DNA of 41,764 nucleotides from a virus. This document shows, piece after piece, positions 7,037 to 16,246 of the stretch (its first letter is position 1; each line of letters opens with the position of its first letter). The position numbers were made by a program, and so were the translations under genes. The notes under the pieces are model-generated. The model was not told where the DNA came from. It worked only from the letters and a program-made list of their open reading frames with translations, and ran no database searches. The stretch lies in the IMG/VR virus record IMGVR_UViG_3300034148_000087. The stretch is one strand, 5' to 3'.

Positions 7037-9586
7037 GTGGAGCGCGATCCCGATACGGCATACGCCCGGACCCCCATCGATCAATCCCAAGCTCTCGCTG
7101 TCGTTGACAAACGCCGCGTGCTTCTCGACGCTCAGGGAAGGGTGACGGCGACGCGGGACATGGAAGTGTTCGAGGGCCGACCCATCAACCCGGGCGTGCC
7201 CTTGTATCCGTGGCTTCCCCGCGGTGAGGATCCGCGGCAGTTCTATATTCAGTCCGGGTACAACCTCAATTATGTTCCCCGATCCGAGTACCGGCAGCTG
7301 ACGCCGTTCGCGCTGCTCAGGAATCTTGCGGCCACGTCCGACCTGGTTCAGATTGCCCGTCAGGAAGTCATCGATGCCATTCTCAGCCTGGAATGGGACG
7401 TCGTTCCCGAGGATCCGAAGGAGCAACGCGCGAAGGGAATGAAGGAGGAGTGTGACTTCGCCAAAAACTTCCTCGCGTATCCGGATCGTGTCCACAGTTT
7501 CGAGGGCTGGCTGCACACGCTTTTGCTGGACGCCCTGGATATCGATGCGCTGTGTTTTTATCGCCGGCGAACGGTGACCGGTGAACCGCATTCCCTGATG
7601 GCCATCGATGGCGCCACCATTAAGCCCATACTGGACTGGCACGGGATCCCCCCGGAGCCGCCCGAGGTCGCCTACCAGCAGATCATCGCGGGGGTTCCCG
7701 AGACGGAATTCAGCCGCCCTTACCTGCCCGTCATGGAAGGTGAGGAGACGGATCCTACCGAGCTGGTGTACTCGCCCTTTTCGCCCCGCACATATAACGG
7801 TTACGGTCAGTCGCCGTTGGAGCGCGTGCTGATCACCGTGAACCTCACCCTTCGCCGGCAGCTGCACCATCTGGCCTATTTCACCGATGGCAATATCCCC
7901 GATGCCTTTTGGAAGTGCCCCGACGCGTGGACCGCGGCCCAGATTTTTGACTTTCAGGAGAAGCTGGAGAAGCTGCTCTCAGGAGAGAGCGGTCAGCGCC
8001 GGAAGTTGCGCATGATGCCCGGAGGAGAAGGTACCGGCCTTGAGCTCCCCCATGGAACGGAGCAAGAGCCGAACGGCCTGAATGAATTCCTTGCCCGCAC
8101 GATTGCGATGGCTTACCACACCAGCCCTCAACCCCTGGTGTCGATGATGAACCGCGCGACCGCTGAGCAGGCCGACACGTCTTCGTCGCAGAGTGGGCAC
8201 CATTACTGGATGCACAAGGTGCGCAAAATGCTCTCTCGCGAGCTGCGGGAGTACCTGCGCATCGACGGCGTCAAGTTCATTTACGTGGAAGACAAGCACC
8301 GAGACGAGACGGCCTGGACGGCGAAGGCCATCGCGTTTATTGGGCATGGGGTTTACACCAGGAACCACGTGCTGAACGAGGAGGGGCTTGAACCCATCGA
8401 GGGGGGCGACGTGCCCACCGTAGACACTCCGTCCGGTCCTGTGCCTCTGGCTGACTTCATCGCTGGTGGAGGAGGAGCGCCGACGGAAGGCGGGGCGGCC
8501 GTGGCCCGGCGTGTACTGTCCGCAGTCCCCCCGATCCCGGCGGCGGGACCGTCCGTCGATAGTGCAGCGGCAGCGGCCGCCCTGAAAGATGTGCCCCAGA
8601 TCCCCGCGGCGACGGAAAAGGGCATGATGGATGACCTGCGTCGATGGCGGAAAGTGGCTCATAAGGCAGCTACGGGCGAGCCAGACTGGAGAAAGCGGAC
8701 GCCCGAGCGCCTGCAGAAGGTGCTGGCGTTTAAGAGCGATGCCATTCCCCCGGCACTTCACTACGCGGTGACGTTGGCCCTCGAGGACGCCCTGGCCCAT
8801 CCGGGAGTGAAGCCCCGACTGGACTGGATCTTTGGTGCGATGGTGAAGGCGCGTCGCCCCCTGGTCGCCATTCGCCGCCGCCTGCGCCACGAGAAGGTTT
8901 TGAGGGCCGTGGTGAAGGAGCACTTCAAGAAGATCACTCCCGCCGTGGTCGAAGTCGCCGTGAAGATGTTCACTGACTTACAGAAGGCTGACGACCTGGA
9001 CGACGCGATGCAGATCGATTTGCTGATGGAATCACTGAGGGAGCCGCTGGCCGAGACGTACCTGGATGGGGAAGTTCTGGCGGCGGACCAATCGGGTATC
9101 GAGATTGCCTTCGGCCTGACGGAGGAGAACGCTACGGATTATGCCGAGCGCCGTGCGGCCGAGCTGGTGGGAAAGCGCAAGCTGTCCGATGGAACCTTTA
9201 TCGATTCCCCGAACCCCGACGTTGCCATCACTGAAACACTTCGCCGGGATTTGAAGGATGCGATTACCCGGGCGCTGGAGGAGGGCGTCACCGAGAGCGA
9301 GCTGCGCGATGCCATTCAGGAGGAGACGGGCTGGGGTTACCGGGCCGAGCGCATCGCCAGGACCGAGGTCGCCGTCGCACTGAATCAGGGGGCCGCGGAA
9401 ACCTATTCCGGCGCGGGGATCAATACGGTGACCATCCTTGACGGACCCGGGTGTCTGGAGTCGGGCCACGATGACGAGGAGGAAGGGGTTAACGGGGAAG
9501 TGTGGTCGATTGCCAAGTGGCAGGACTTCCCGGTCGGCCATCCCTTTTGCGTGCGGGATGGAATCCCCAATGTGAGGGAAGCATGA
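7037..9586 (+). CDS. Portal protein fused to a Mu-F / SPP1 gp7-like head-morphogenesis domain
   Basis: 849 aa, directly after terL. The N-terminal ~600 aa has portal-like size and position. The C-terminus (from about nt 9120) carries DYAERRAAELVGK...YRAERIARTEVAVALNQGAAETY...GHPFCVRDG, typical of Phage_Mu_F domains. Confidence 0.7.
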   Translation: MERDPDTAYARTPIDQSQALAVVDKRRVLLDAQGRVTATRDMEVFEGRPINPGVPLYPWLPRGEDPRQFYIQSGYNLNYVPRSEYRQLTPFALLRNLAATSDLVQIARQEVIDAILSLEWDVVPEDPKEQRAKGMKEECDFAKNFLAYPDRVHSFEGWLHTLLLDALDIDALCFYRRRTVTGEPHSLMAIDGATIKPILDWHGIPPEPPEVAYQQIIAGVPETEFSRPYLPVMEGEETDPTELVYSPFSPRTYNGYGQSPLERVLITVNLTLRRQLHHLAYFTDGNIPDAFWKCPDAWTAAQIFDFQEKLEKLLSGESGQRRKLRMMPGGEGTGLELPHGTEQEPNGLNEFLARTIAMAYHTSPQPLVSMMNRATAEQADTSSSQSGHHYWMHKVRKMLSRELREYLRIDGVKFIYVEDKHRDETAWTAKAIAFIGHGVYTRNHVLNEEGLEPIEGGDVPTVDTPSGPVPLADFIAGGGGAPTEGGAAVARRVLSAVPPIPAAGPSVDSAAAAAALKDVPQIPAATEKGMMDDLRRWRKVAHKAATGEPDWRKRTPERLQKVLAFKSDAIPPALHYAVTLALEDALAHPGVKPRLDWIFGAMVKARRPLVAIRRRLRHEKVLRAVVKEHFKKITPAVVEVAVKMFTDLQKADDLDDAMQIDLLMESLREPLAETYLDGEVLAADQSGIEIAFGLTEENATDYAERRAAELVGKRKLSDGTFIDSPNPDVAITETLRRDLKDAITRALEEGVTESELRDAIQEETGWGYRAERIARTEVAVALNQGAAETYSGAGINTVTILDGPGCLESGHDDEEEGVNGEVWSIAKWQDFPVGHPFCVRDGIPNVREA

Positions 9587-9855
9587 GCGAGGTGACGCTG
9601 GCGACGCTGCAAACCCTCGCGGCCCAGTTTAAGGCCTTTCAGGGAATCGAACCCAACATGATCATCATGGGCGTGCGCGTATACGAACAGCTGGTGGCCA
9701 CGCCCGAAGTCCGCAAGCTCGGAGTGTTTCCGGGGATGAGAAGGTTTCAGATCGGCCCATGCCTCGTCCAGAGCTCTCCATTGGTGGGTCCCTATTCCGT
9801 CTATGAGGTCCGCTTTGACCGCGAGAAAGGACCGGACGTGATCGCGTGGGCGTAG
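9583..9855 (+). CDS. Hypothetical protein (90 aa)
   Basis: ATGA overlap with the portal stop (residue 28 of track ORF 9502..9855). Confidence 0.6.
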   Translation: MSEVTLATLQTLAAQFKAFQGIEPNMIIMGVRVYEQLVATPEVRKLGVFPGMRRFQIGPCLVQSSPLVGPYSVYEVRFDREKGPDVIAWA

Positions 9856-10085
9856 ACCTGTTTGCTCGCATGTCACTGGAGCCGGAGTTGACCGCCGAGC
9901 AGAAAGCCGAGCTCGATGCGTTGGCGTCTGAGGCAATCATAGCGACGACTCTTGCCAGGATTGTTGACGAGGTGTGTCCGATGACCCCCATCGGGCGGCG
10001 CCGGTTCGACCGTGTGCAGATGAGCGATCGCTCGTATATGGTCTGGAAAGACGGTAGCCTCCGCAGGCTGCCGAAACAACCCTGA
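9846..10085 (+). CDS. Hypothetical protein (79 aa; start uncertain, alternative ATG at 9870)
   Basis: GTG overlaps the previous gene end. Acidic helical N-terminus (EPELTAEQKAELDALASE). Confidence 0.5.
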   Translation: MGVDLFARMSLEPELTAEQKAELDALASEAIIATTLARIVDEVCPMTPIGRRRFDRVQMSDRSYMVWKDGSLRRLPKQP

Positions 10086-10100
10086 GAAGGCGGGATCACG

Positions 10101-10508
10101 ATGCAGAGCACTCCGATTATCCTCCTGGCTCCCGGCGCGCAGACGGGATCCGCCAACGGCGCGACGATGGACGTGTCGGGCGCTGAGGAGCTGCTAGTAT
10201 TTCTCCATCGCACCACGGCCAGCGGCACCATCACAGCCTTTTCTGTTTTCGTGGAAACCAGCGATGACGGTGGCTCTACCTGGTCGGAGTTGTGTGCCGA
10301 TTCTCTGGTAACGACTACGGGTGCCGCGGCGGACGTGACTGCCACCAAGGACAAGCGCAACCTGGTAACGGAGACGACCCTGACCTCGACGGATCTCAAG
10401 GCCCTTGCGCGATATTCGAATTTCGGCAGTAAGGTGCGAGTGCGCTGGCTTCTGACCGGAACCACCCCGTCTGAAACGTTTGGCGTCAACGCGATCATTA
10501 AATCGTAG
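10101..10508 (+). CDS. Hypothetical beta-rich head-module protein (135 aa)
   Basis: Lies between the portal and the protease. Ser/Thr/Gly-rich beta-strand pattern. Function unknown; decoration or accessory capsid protein is only a guess. Confidence 0.6.
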   Translation: MQSTPIILLAPGAQTGSANGATMDVSGAEELLVFLHRTTASGTITAFSVFVETSDDGGSTWSELCADSLVTTTGAAADVTATKDKRNLVTETTLTSTDLKALARYSNFGSKVRVRWLLTGTTPSETFGVNAIIKS

Positions 10509-10515
10509 GGAGTTC

Positions 10516-12276
10516 ATGTCGATGAAGCATTTCAAAAAGTTCGTTCCGTTCGAGAAGGTCGCGGAGGAGCCGGAAGGTGTCCGGGTGTGGGCCATCGCGA
10601 CCAAGGAGGAGCTGGACCGTCATGGCGAGGTCGTGTCGTACGAGGCCAGCAAGGTCGCATTTAAAGACTTCGCGGAGTGGTTTGAGAAAACCACCACGAA
10701 CGCCGGACAGGACCCGAGCAAGGGCACGTTGCGGGTGATGCATCAACCCCTGGTCGCCGGCAAGATGCTGGATTACAGCTGCGACGACGTGAACAAGTGC
10801 ATCCCGGTGTCGCTTCTGGTGACCGATAAGGAGCAGGGCCGGAAGGTGAAGAACGGCGAGTACACCGGCATCAGTATTGGTGGAGGCGAGGTCGAGTGGA
10901 AGTCCCAGGACTGGGAAGGGAAGCAGGTTCCCTGGGCGATGAAGTACAAGCTGGACGAGCTGTCCCTGGTAGACACTCCCGCTTGCAACAGTGCCGTCTA
11001 TACCCTGGTCAAGCGTGCTGGTGTGGCTGAGGCAAGTACGGCTCCCGACGGAGCTCCACTCCAAAAGACCGAGGAGCCGTCGCCGAAGCCCCCGAAGGTG
11101 GTCATGACCGGGCTGGATCCCTTTGCCGATCCGAAAGACCGGAAGTCACCCGCGGAGATCGCCCGAGAGCAAGGCGAGGAGCTCGCCAAGAACAAGGCAG
11201 CCATAAACCCAACAACAGCGGGTAGAGGGGAACCGGCGCCTGCGGCTTCGGAAACTCCCCAGACACCAGGTGAGGGGGCCGCGTCCGCAGCGCGGTCCCT
11301 CACCCCGGAGCTCGCGAAACGCTTCGGCCCCATCGTGCACGCGCTCACACCGTCTCTCAAGAAGTATTCCGAGTCGGGTAGTCTGTACCCGCTTCTCTGT
11401 GCCCTGCGCGACATGCAGAGCTTCATGGACGCGGAGGATTTTGAGGCGGTGGTGATGGGTGCCGATCCGGCCCAGCAGACCACGGACATCCAGGCCGCCG
11501 GCGCCATCGTGACCGCACTGATCGCGCTCATCGAGACGGAGTTCGAGCAGCAGGTGCGGTCGTACAAGGCGCCCGAGCCAGCCATCGCCGCCGTGAAGTT
11601 GTGCGACGACCTGGCCGGACTGGCCAAGTACCTCTCGCCGACCGCGATCCAGAAACTCGCCTCAGAGCCGGAAGTGAAGGACAACATGACCGCGATCCAC
11701 CAGATGGGTCACGCGCTCGTGAAGGCCTCATCCGCTCTGGGGGCGGAGTGCCCTGATGGGCAGTGTCCCGCCGACGACGGAGGCGATGAGCCGAAGCCGA
11801 AGGAGGACGTGGGAGAGGGCGGCGAGAGTAAAGATACTGGGGACGAGCCGAAGCCGAAGGAGGAGGAAGATGCCAGCAAAGGCATCGTTGCTCAGCCGAT
11901 TACGGCTGCGATCCCCAATGGAAATGCCGAGCAGCTTCAGAAGGTGCTCGACGCCGTGACCAAGATCGGGGACCAGGTGAAGGTCCAGGGCAGTGAGCTT
12001 GCCACCGTGAAGGATGGCATTGCGAAGCTGCCGGGCCAGATCAAGTCCATCGGTGAGCGGTTGTTGAAAATCGAGAAACTGCCCGCGCCGGTCGGACGTC
12101 CTGCAGCGCGTCCGGTCGATAAGTCCCTCGGTCCTGGCGGAGAAGTGATCGCCAATATCGATGAGGCAGAGGCGCTGCAAAAATTGGCTGCCGGCGAGAA
12201 AGATCCAGCGCGGAAGCAGATGCTGGTCATGATGGCAGCCGAACGAACCGTGCCCCCGTACGCTCCGACTCGATAG
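10516..12276 (+). CDS. Prohead protease fused to a scaffold-like domain
   Basis: ATG (residue 13 of track ORF) after TAGGGAG. The N-terminal ~165 aa has HK97-type protease motifs (ATKEELDRHGEVV, MHQPLVAGK, GEYTGISIGG, ELSLVDTPACNSA). The remaining ~420 aa is acidic, Ala/Glu/Pro-rich and helical. Lies directly upstream of the capsid gene. Confidence 0.7.
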   Translation: MSMKHFKKFVPFEKVAEEPEGVRVWAIATKEELDRHGEVVSYEASKVAFKDFAEWFEKTTTNAGQDPSKGTLRVMHQPLVAGKMLDYSCDDVNKCIPVSLLVTDKEQGRKVKNGEYTGISIGGGEVEWKSQDWEGKQVPWAMKYKLDELSLVDTPACNSAVYTLVKRAGVAEASTAPDGAPLQKTEEPSPKPPKVVMTGLDPFADPKDRKSPAEIAREQGEELAKNKAAINPTTAGRGEPAPAASETPQTPGEGAASAARSLTPELAKRFGPIVHALTPSLKKYSESGSLYPLLCALRDMQSFMDAEDFEAVVMGADPAQQTTDIQAAGAIVTALIALIETEFEQQVRSYKAPEPAIAAVKLCDDLAGLAKYLSPTAIQKLASEPEVKDNMTAIHQMGHALVKASSALGAECPDGQCPADDGGDEPKPKEDVGEGGESKDTGDEPKPKEEEDASKGIVAQPITAAIPNGNAEQLQKVLDAVTKIGDQVKVQGSELATVKDGIAKLPGQIKSIGERLLKIEKLPAPVGRPAARPVDKSLGPGGEVIANIDEAEALQKLAAGEKDPARKQMLVMMAAERTVPPYAPTR

Positions 12277-12308
12277 CGGAGATCCGGGGAACAGGAGAAT
12301 CGAAAGCA

Positions 12309-13898
12309 ATGACTCGCGAAGAATTCATGCAGGCACTCACCTCCGACACCATCAACAAGGTGTCCGGTGATCTCCTGGCGTTGGCGCAGGCCGGGAAATT
12401 GCAGAAAGCCCTCGACGTCACGACAGGGCTGTACGGATATTCGCTCGCGGAACCTGCGAAGCAGCTCGTTGCACTGGCCGCGGCCAGCTATGGGCTGATC
12501 CCACGCAAGGTGATCAACGATGCGAACAGTCACAACTGGAAGGACATCCTGGCGATTTCCAGCCCGGATCCGTTCAACCTGACCAACGCCGGCGCCATCA
12601 TCACGGCCGGACAGCCCGGGTCCGGTGCGCAGTTCAGCACCACCGGAAACCTGGTGACTCCCCGTACGGTGAACTTCAAGCCCTTCGCCATCGGCGGACA
12701 GGTGGATCTCGAATCCATCAAGGCGTCTCAGGGTTTCGATCCCGCGCTGTCGAAGGAAACCACGAACACGTTGCTGCTCGCCATCAAGCTGATGTGGCAG
12801 GCGTACCTGTTCGGGAACGTCACGGATATCGGCGCGCAGAGCGTGACCGGCGCCACCGTGGCGATCGTGGCCTCTCCGGTCGGCTCGTTGCAGCCATCCA
12901 CGACGACTTATTTCGTGCGCATCGTTCCGCTGACGGGGATGGCCGCGAACCGGATCTTCGTGGATGTTCCAGGCTTCACCGACGCCAACGGTGCCTCGGC
13001 CCTCGCGGGTCGCGCGGTGCCCGCCGGCGGAGTGAATGCGAACCTCCAGGTCGTGGCCGGATCAGGTCAGGGGGTCGGGGTTATTTCGGCCGAGTTCAAT
13101 AGCGGTGCGGTTACCGGGGCCAACCAGTCCCTCAAGATCACCTGGCCCGCCACTCCAGGCGCGGTCGCCTATGCCGTGTTCGTCGGAACCACGACCGGAT
13201 CGGCGAACCTGAAGTGCGAGTGCGTGGTCGGACAGACCCAGGTCACCTTGACCTCTCTCGCCGGCACCGGCATCGTCGGGACCGCGGCCGAACTTCCCGG
13301 GGCCGATGAGACGGGGAACGCCCGTCACTTCGACGGCCTGCTTGCGCAGCTGTTGGTTTCCTCGGGAGCACAGGGCGCGTATGTGAAGAACGTCAACGCG
13401 GCCCTGGGCGGAAGTGCGACTGTGCCCGAGGTCACTCAGTTCCAGGACGCCTTCGCAGCGATCTTCCAGAAGACGAAGCTCAAGAAGTTCCGCCTTCTGA
13501 TCGGTGGAGCGGTGCAGCGCAGCCTCACGGCCAAGGGCATCCTCTCCAACTCGATGCAAATTTTCGCCAGCCCAGATGCCAACGGGCGGGTGAATATGAG
13601 CGTGGGCGCGAGCGTGGGTGAGATCATCAACGCCATCGGCGGTTTCCGCTGCCCGGTGGAGGTCGACGACTGGATTCCCCCCGGCACCGCGTTCATTCTG
13701 CCGATGGAGATCCCGTACCCGATGGCGAATACCACGCCGATGGGGCTGGAGTGGGTCGGCAACTACGACTTTCTCCGCTTCGACTACTACCCGACCCGAG
13801 CGGACGGCCCAATCACCCCGTTCGACGAGCGGTGCAATGGAGCGCTGGCCGTGTATTTTAGCGGCGGCATGGGAGTGCTCTACAACATCTGGTCCTAG
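12309..13898 (+). CDS. Major capsid protein (HK97-fold type) with an internal FN3/Ig-like insertion
   Basis: 529 aa after AGGAGA, downstream of the protease-scaffold gene and followed by a strong hairpin. The composition and termini look like HK97-type MCPs. Residues ~178-320 look like an inserted beta domain (KITWPATPGAVAYAVFVGTTTG...QVTLTSL). Confidence 0.7.
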   Translation: MTREEFMQALTSDTINKVSGDLLALAQAGKLQKALDVTTGLYGYSLAEPAKQLVALAAASYGLIPRKVINDANSHNWKDILAISSPDPFNLTNAGAIITAGQPGSGAQFSTTGNLVTPRTVNFKPFAIGGQVDLESIKASQGFDPALSKETTNTLLLAIKLMWQAYLFGNVTDIGAQSVTGATVAIVASPVGSLQPSTTTYFVRIVPLTGMAANRIFVDVPGFTDANGASALAGRAVPAGGVNANLQVVAGSGQGVGVISAEFNSGAVTGANQSLKITWPATPGAVAYAVFVGTTTGSANLKCECVVGQTQVTLTSLAGTGIVGTAAELPGADETGNARHFDGLLAQLLVSSGAQGAYVKNVNAALGGSATVPEVTQFQDAFAAIFQKTKLKKFRLLIGGAVQRSLTAKGILSNSMQIFASPDANGRVNMSVGASVGEIINAIGGFRCPVEVDDWIPPGTAFILPMEIPYPMANTTPMGLEWVGNYDFLRFDYYPTRADGPITPFDERCNGALAVYFSGGMGVLYNIWS

Positions 13899-13927
13899 GA
13901 GCTGACGACGGGAGGACCAGATTTTCC

Positions 13928-13955
13928 GGGGGGCGGCTCGCAAGGGCCGCTCCCC
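13928..13955 (+). terminator. Stable hairpin after the capsid gene (terminator/attenuator-like)
   Basis: ggggggcggctc-GCAA-ggccgctcccc gives ~12 bp (two G.U pairs) with a GNRA tetraloop. Only ATTT follows, so the U-tract is weak. Confidence 0.4.
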
Positions 13956-13973
13956 ATTTCAGGGGGAGTGAGT

Positions 13974-14258
13974 ATGCCCAAAGTCGATAAGGACGTCGGG
14001 AAGGATAAGGATCTGGCAGCAGCGCCGACACCGCATGCAGGCGCGAGGCTGGACATGGACGATGACGAGGACGAGGCGAGTGCCGAAGACGAGCCAGTGC
14101 GCTGTAAGTGTGCCGCGGGGGCACCCACGGGTACGGTTCACGTGACGGTTGCCGGAAAGATCCGCCCGGTGCATGTGAAAGACGGAGTCACGGAGCTGGT
14201 GCCCCGAAGTGTGGCGAAGGCCCTTGGCGCACTCGGGTATCTTCCCTGCGGAGGCTAG
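13974..14258 (+). CDS. Hypothetical protein (94 aa)
   Basis: ATG lies 5 nt after AGGGGGAG (the track ORF starts at GTG 13968). Acidic stretch DMDDDEDEASAEDE. Confidence 0.55.
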   Translation: MPKVDKDVGKDKDLAAAPTPHAGARLDMDDDEDEASAEDEPVRCKCAAGAPTGTVHVTVAGKIRPVHVKDGVTELVPRSVAKALGALGYLPCGG

Positions 14259-14262
14259 CTAG

Positions 14263-14871
14263 GTGGCTGACGGGCTGATCGTACAGCTCGAGGAGTTCAA
14301 AGACTACCTCGGGAACGACGTCAAGAAGTCGGGCGGCGAGAAGGACAGTCTCTTGACCGATGCCATCCTGTCGGCGGAGGACATGGTCCGCGGCCAGTGC
14401 TCCGACAACTTCGATCAGCGAGCGTACACGGACGAGTATCATTCCGGGACCGACCGGCCGCATCTCTGGGCCCGACATCTTCCCGTTGCGATCTCGCCGC
14501 TGCCAGTGGTGACCGAGAATGGAGCGGCGCTGGTGGTGGCGGCGGGATACTCCTCCTCAGCGAATGTAGTTTTTGAGCCGACGCGGGGAGTGTTCTCTCG
14601 TATGGCCGGTGGAGCCAAAACCACCTGGCTGATTGGCGAGAACAATGTGAATTTCTCCTACACCGGCGGCTATTTGCTCGGGTTAGCACCGAGGGATCTG
14701 CGCCTTCTGGTGAAGTTCGTCGCCGCCCTGGTGTGGCAGGAGAGCGACCGCAATCAGTACGCGGTGAAGCGCCGGTCAGGGCAGCAAGGCAGTACGGAGT
14801 TCTGGGACGACATTCCTCCGCTGTATAAGGCCATCGTGCAGCGCTACGCGGTGCCCATTCATGGCGAATAG
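14263..14871 (+). CDS. Head-tail connector / adaptor (gp6-like)
   Basis: The N-terminal pattern VQLEEFKDYLGNDV...DSLLTDAILSAEDMVRGQC matches phage gp6-like head-tail connector proteins. Position after the capsid gene fits. Confidence 0.55.
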   Translation: MADGLIVQLEEFKDYLGNDVKKSGGEKDSLLTDAILSAEDMVRGQCSDNFDQRAYTDEYHSGTDRPHLWARHLPVAISPLPVVTENGAALVVAAGYSSSANVVFEPTRGVFSRMAGGAKTTWLIGENNVNFSYTGGYLLGLAPRDLRLLVKFVAALVWQESDRNQYAVKRRSGQQGSTEFWDDIPPLYKAIVQRYAVPIHGE

Positions 14872-15448
14872 CCTTCTTGCCATCCGGATGACCCTCCAGG
14901 GAAAGGGGGAGCTGCTGGACCAGGTGGAGAAACGCCGCAGTGCCATCATGCGCGAGCTCATCCAGGCGGCCACGGAAATCGGGTTCAAGGTTGCCGGGGA
15001 TGCCAAACGGAATCTCGATGCCCGGCCCATTGCCCCGAGCACGGATACCCGGATGCCCCCGAGGATTCGCACGCATCGGCTGTCTCGGGCCATTACCTCT
15101 TTCGTGGAATCAGCTCCGGCCGCGGTGCGTTCGATTGTCGGCGTGCTGGGTGTGGTCGCCTACGGGAGGATTCAGGAGCGTGGAGGGATGACGCCGGCCC
15201 ATGAGATCCGGCCCCGCTACAAGAAAATGCTGCGCTGGGCGAGCCGGTCGATGCAGGGACCCTTGCTCCTTCAGAAATCGGGAAAGGTATCGAATCGCAA
15301 TAAGGGGATGTTCGTCTTCGCCAAGCTGGTGAAGCATCCCGGCAGCCGGATCCACGGACGCCCCTACTTGGGCCCGGCGGTGGAGTCGAACGTGGGGTTC
15401 ATCGAAGCGCGCTGGCGGGCTGCTATTGAGCGGGGGCTGAACGGGTAA
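14861..15448 (+). CDS. HK97 gp10-like head-closure / tail-attachment protein
   Basis: Motifs THRLSRAITSF, VAYGRIQERGG and GRPYLGPAVE match the gp10-family pattern (tG.L..SI / Y....E.G / rPfl.pA). Confidence 0.55.
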   Translation: MANSLLAIRMTLQGKGELLDQVEKRRSAIMRELIQAATEIGFKVAGDAKRNLDARPIAPSTDTRMPPRIRTHRLSRAITSFVESAPAAVRSIVGVLGVVAYGRIQERGGMTPAHEIRPRYKKMLRWASRSMQGPLLLQKSGKVSNRNKGMFVFAKLVKHPGSRIHGRPYLGPAVESNVGFIEARWRAAIERGLNG

Positions 15449-15945
15449 TGGCCAACGAGGGGGCGCTGGAACTCTCTTTACGGGCCATCCAGAACGTGCT
15501 GGAGGGCATCACTATCGAGAACGGCTACCGCCACGACGTCAAGAAGGTGTACCGGACGTTCGAGCCGATGCTGATGGAAAGCCTGTCGTCTCTGGCAACG
15601 CCTTCCCTGGCCCTGGGTCGCACGCCAGGAGCCGACGCGCAGTATGTCTGGCTGGACGATACGGGGTACGAAGTCACGGTGCCGGCGACCATCATCGGCT
15701 ACATTCGCCGGGGGTCCGAGAATGCCGAGGATGATCTGGCTTCCACCCGAGGGGAGGCGTTTATTGCGGACGTCACGAAGGCCCTGATGGTGGATCCGTG
15801 CTTCCAGACCCTGCGGGGCCAGTCGGGCCATATCACTGAGTCGAAAATTCTCTCGTCGGACCATGGAGCCGCCTGGGATAGCAGCGGGATCTTCATCGAG
15901 GTCCGATTCGAGTACGCTGTCGTCATCGACGGACTGAACCCATGA
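15448..15945 (+). CDS. Neck / tail-terminator-like protein
   Basis: ATG overlaps the previous TAA. Assigned by size and position between the gp10-like and tail tube genes. No strong motif. Confidence 0.4.
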   Translation: MANEGALELSLRAIQNVLEGITIENGYRHDVKKVYRTFEPMLMESLSSLATPSLALGRTPGADAQYVWLDDTGYEVTVPATIIGYIRRGSENAEDDLASTRGEAFIADVTKALMVDPCFQTLRGQSGHITESKILSSDHGAAWDSSGIFIEVRFEYAVVIDGLNP

Positions 15946-16196
15946 AGGAGGACCGCATGGACCGTTACAAGCTGATGGGCACCGACAAGATTCCCGTGGG
16001 TGCCCATGTGAACCTTGGCGTGACGGAAGTGGTTGTCGGTGGGATAAAGGTCACACGGATTATCCGAGGAGAGGTGCTGATCGCGGAGAGCATCGAGCAC
16101 CCGGAGCGCATTCAGTCAGCTGCGGATGCTGGACTGATCACGATGGAAAAAGTCGGGGCCGCCCCGAAGGCGGCGAAACAGCCCACGGGGGACTGA
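15942..16196 (+). CDS. Hypothetical protein (84 aa; alternative start ATG 15957 after AAGGAGGA)
   Basis: ATGA overlap with the previous gene. A strong Shine-Dalgarno also precedes the second ATG. Confidence 0.55.
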   Translation: MKEDRMDRYKLMGTDKIPVGAHVNLGVTEVVVGGIKVTRIIRGEVLIAESIEHPERIQSAADAGLITMEKVGAAPKAAKQPTGD

Positions 16197-16246
16197 TACC
16201 CCTTTCATTACCCGGCCATGAGGTCCGGTGAATAGGAGTCAAGCCA

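Noticed and set aside
6971-7870. 299-aa minus-strand ORF; similar long minus-strand ORFs at 7979..8923, 13062..13943, 28343..29155, 32973..33767, 33894..35054, 36633..37346 and others
   Set aside because: All lie antisense to plus-strand genes with clear family motifs (portal, capsid, exonuclease and so on). Their translations are Arg/Gly/Pro/Ser-rich with no motifs. Long stop-free antisense frames are expected in GC-rich DNA.
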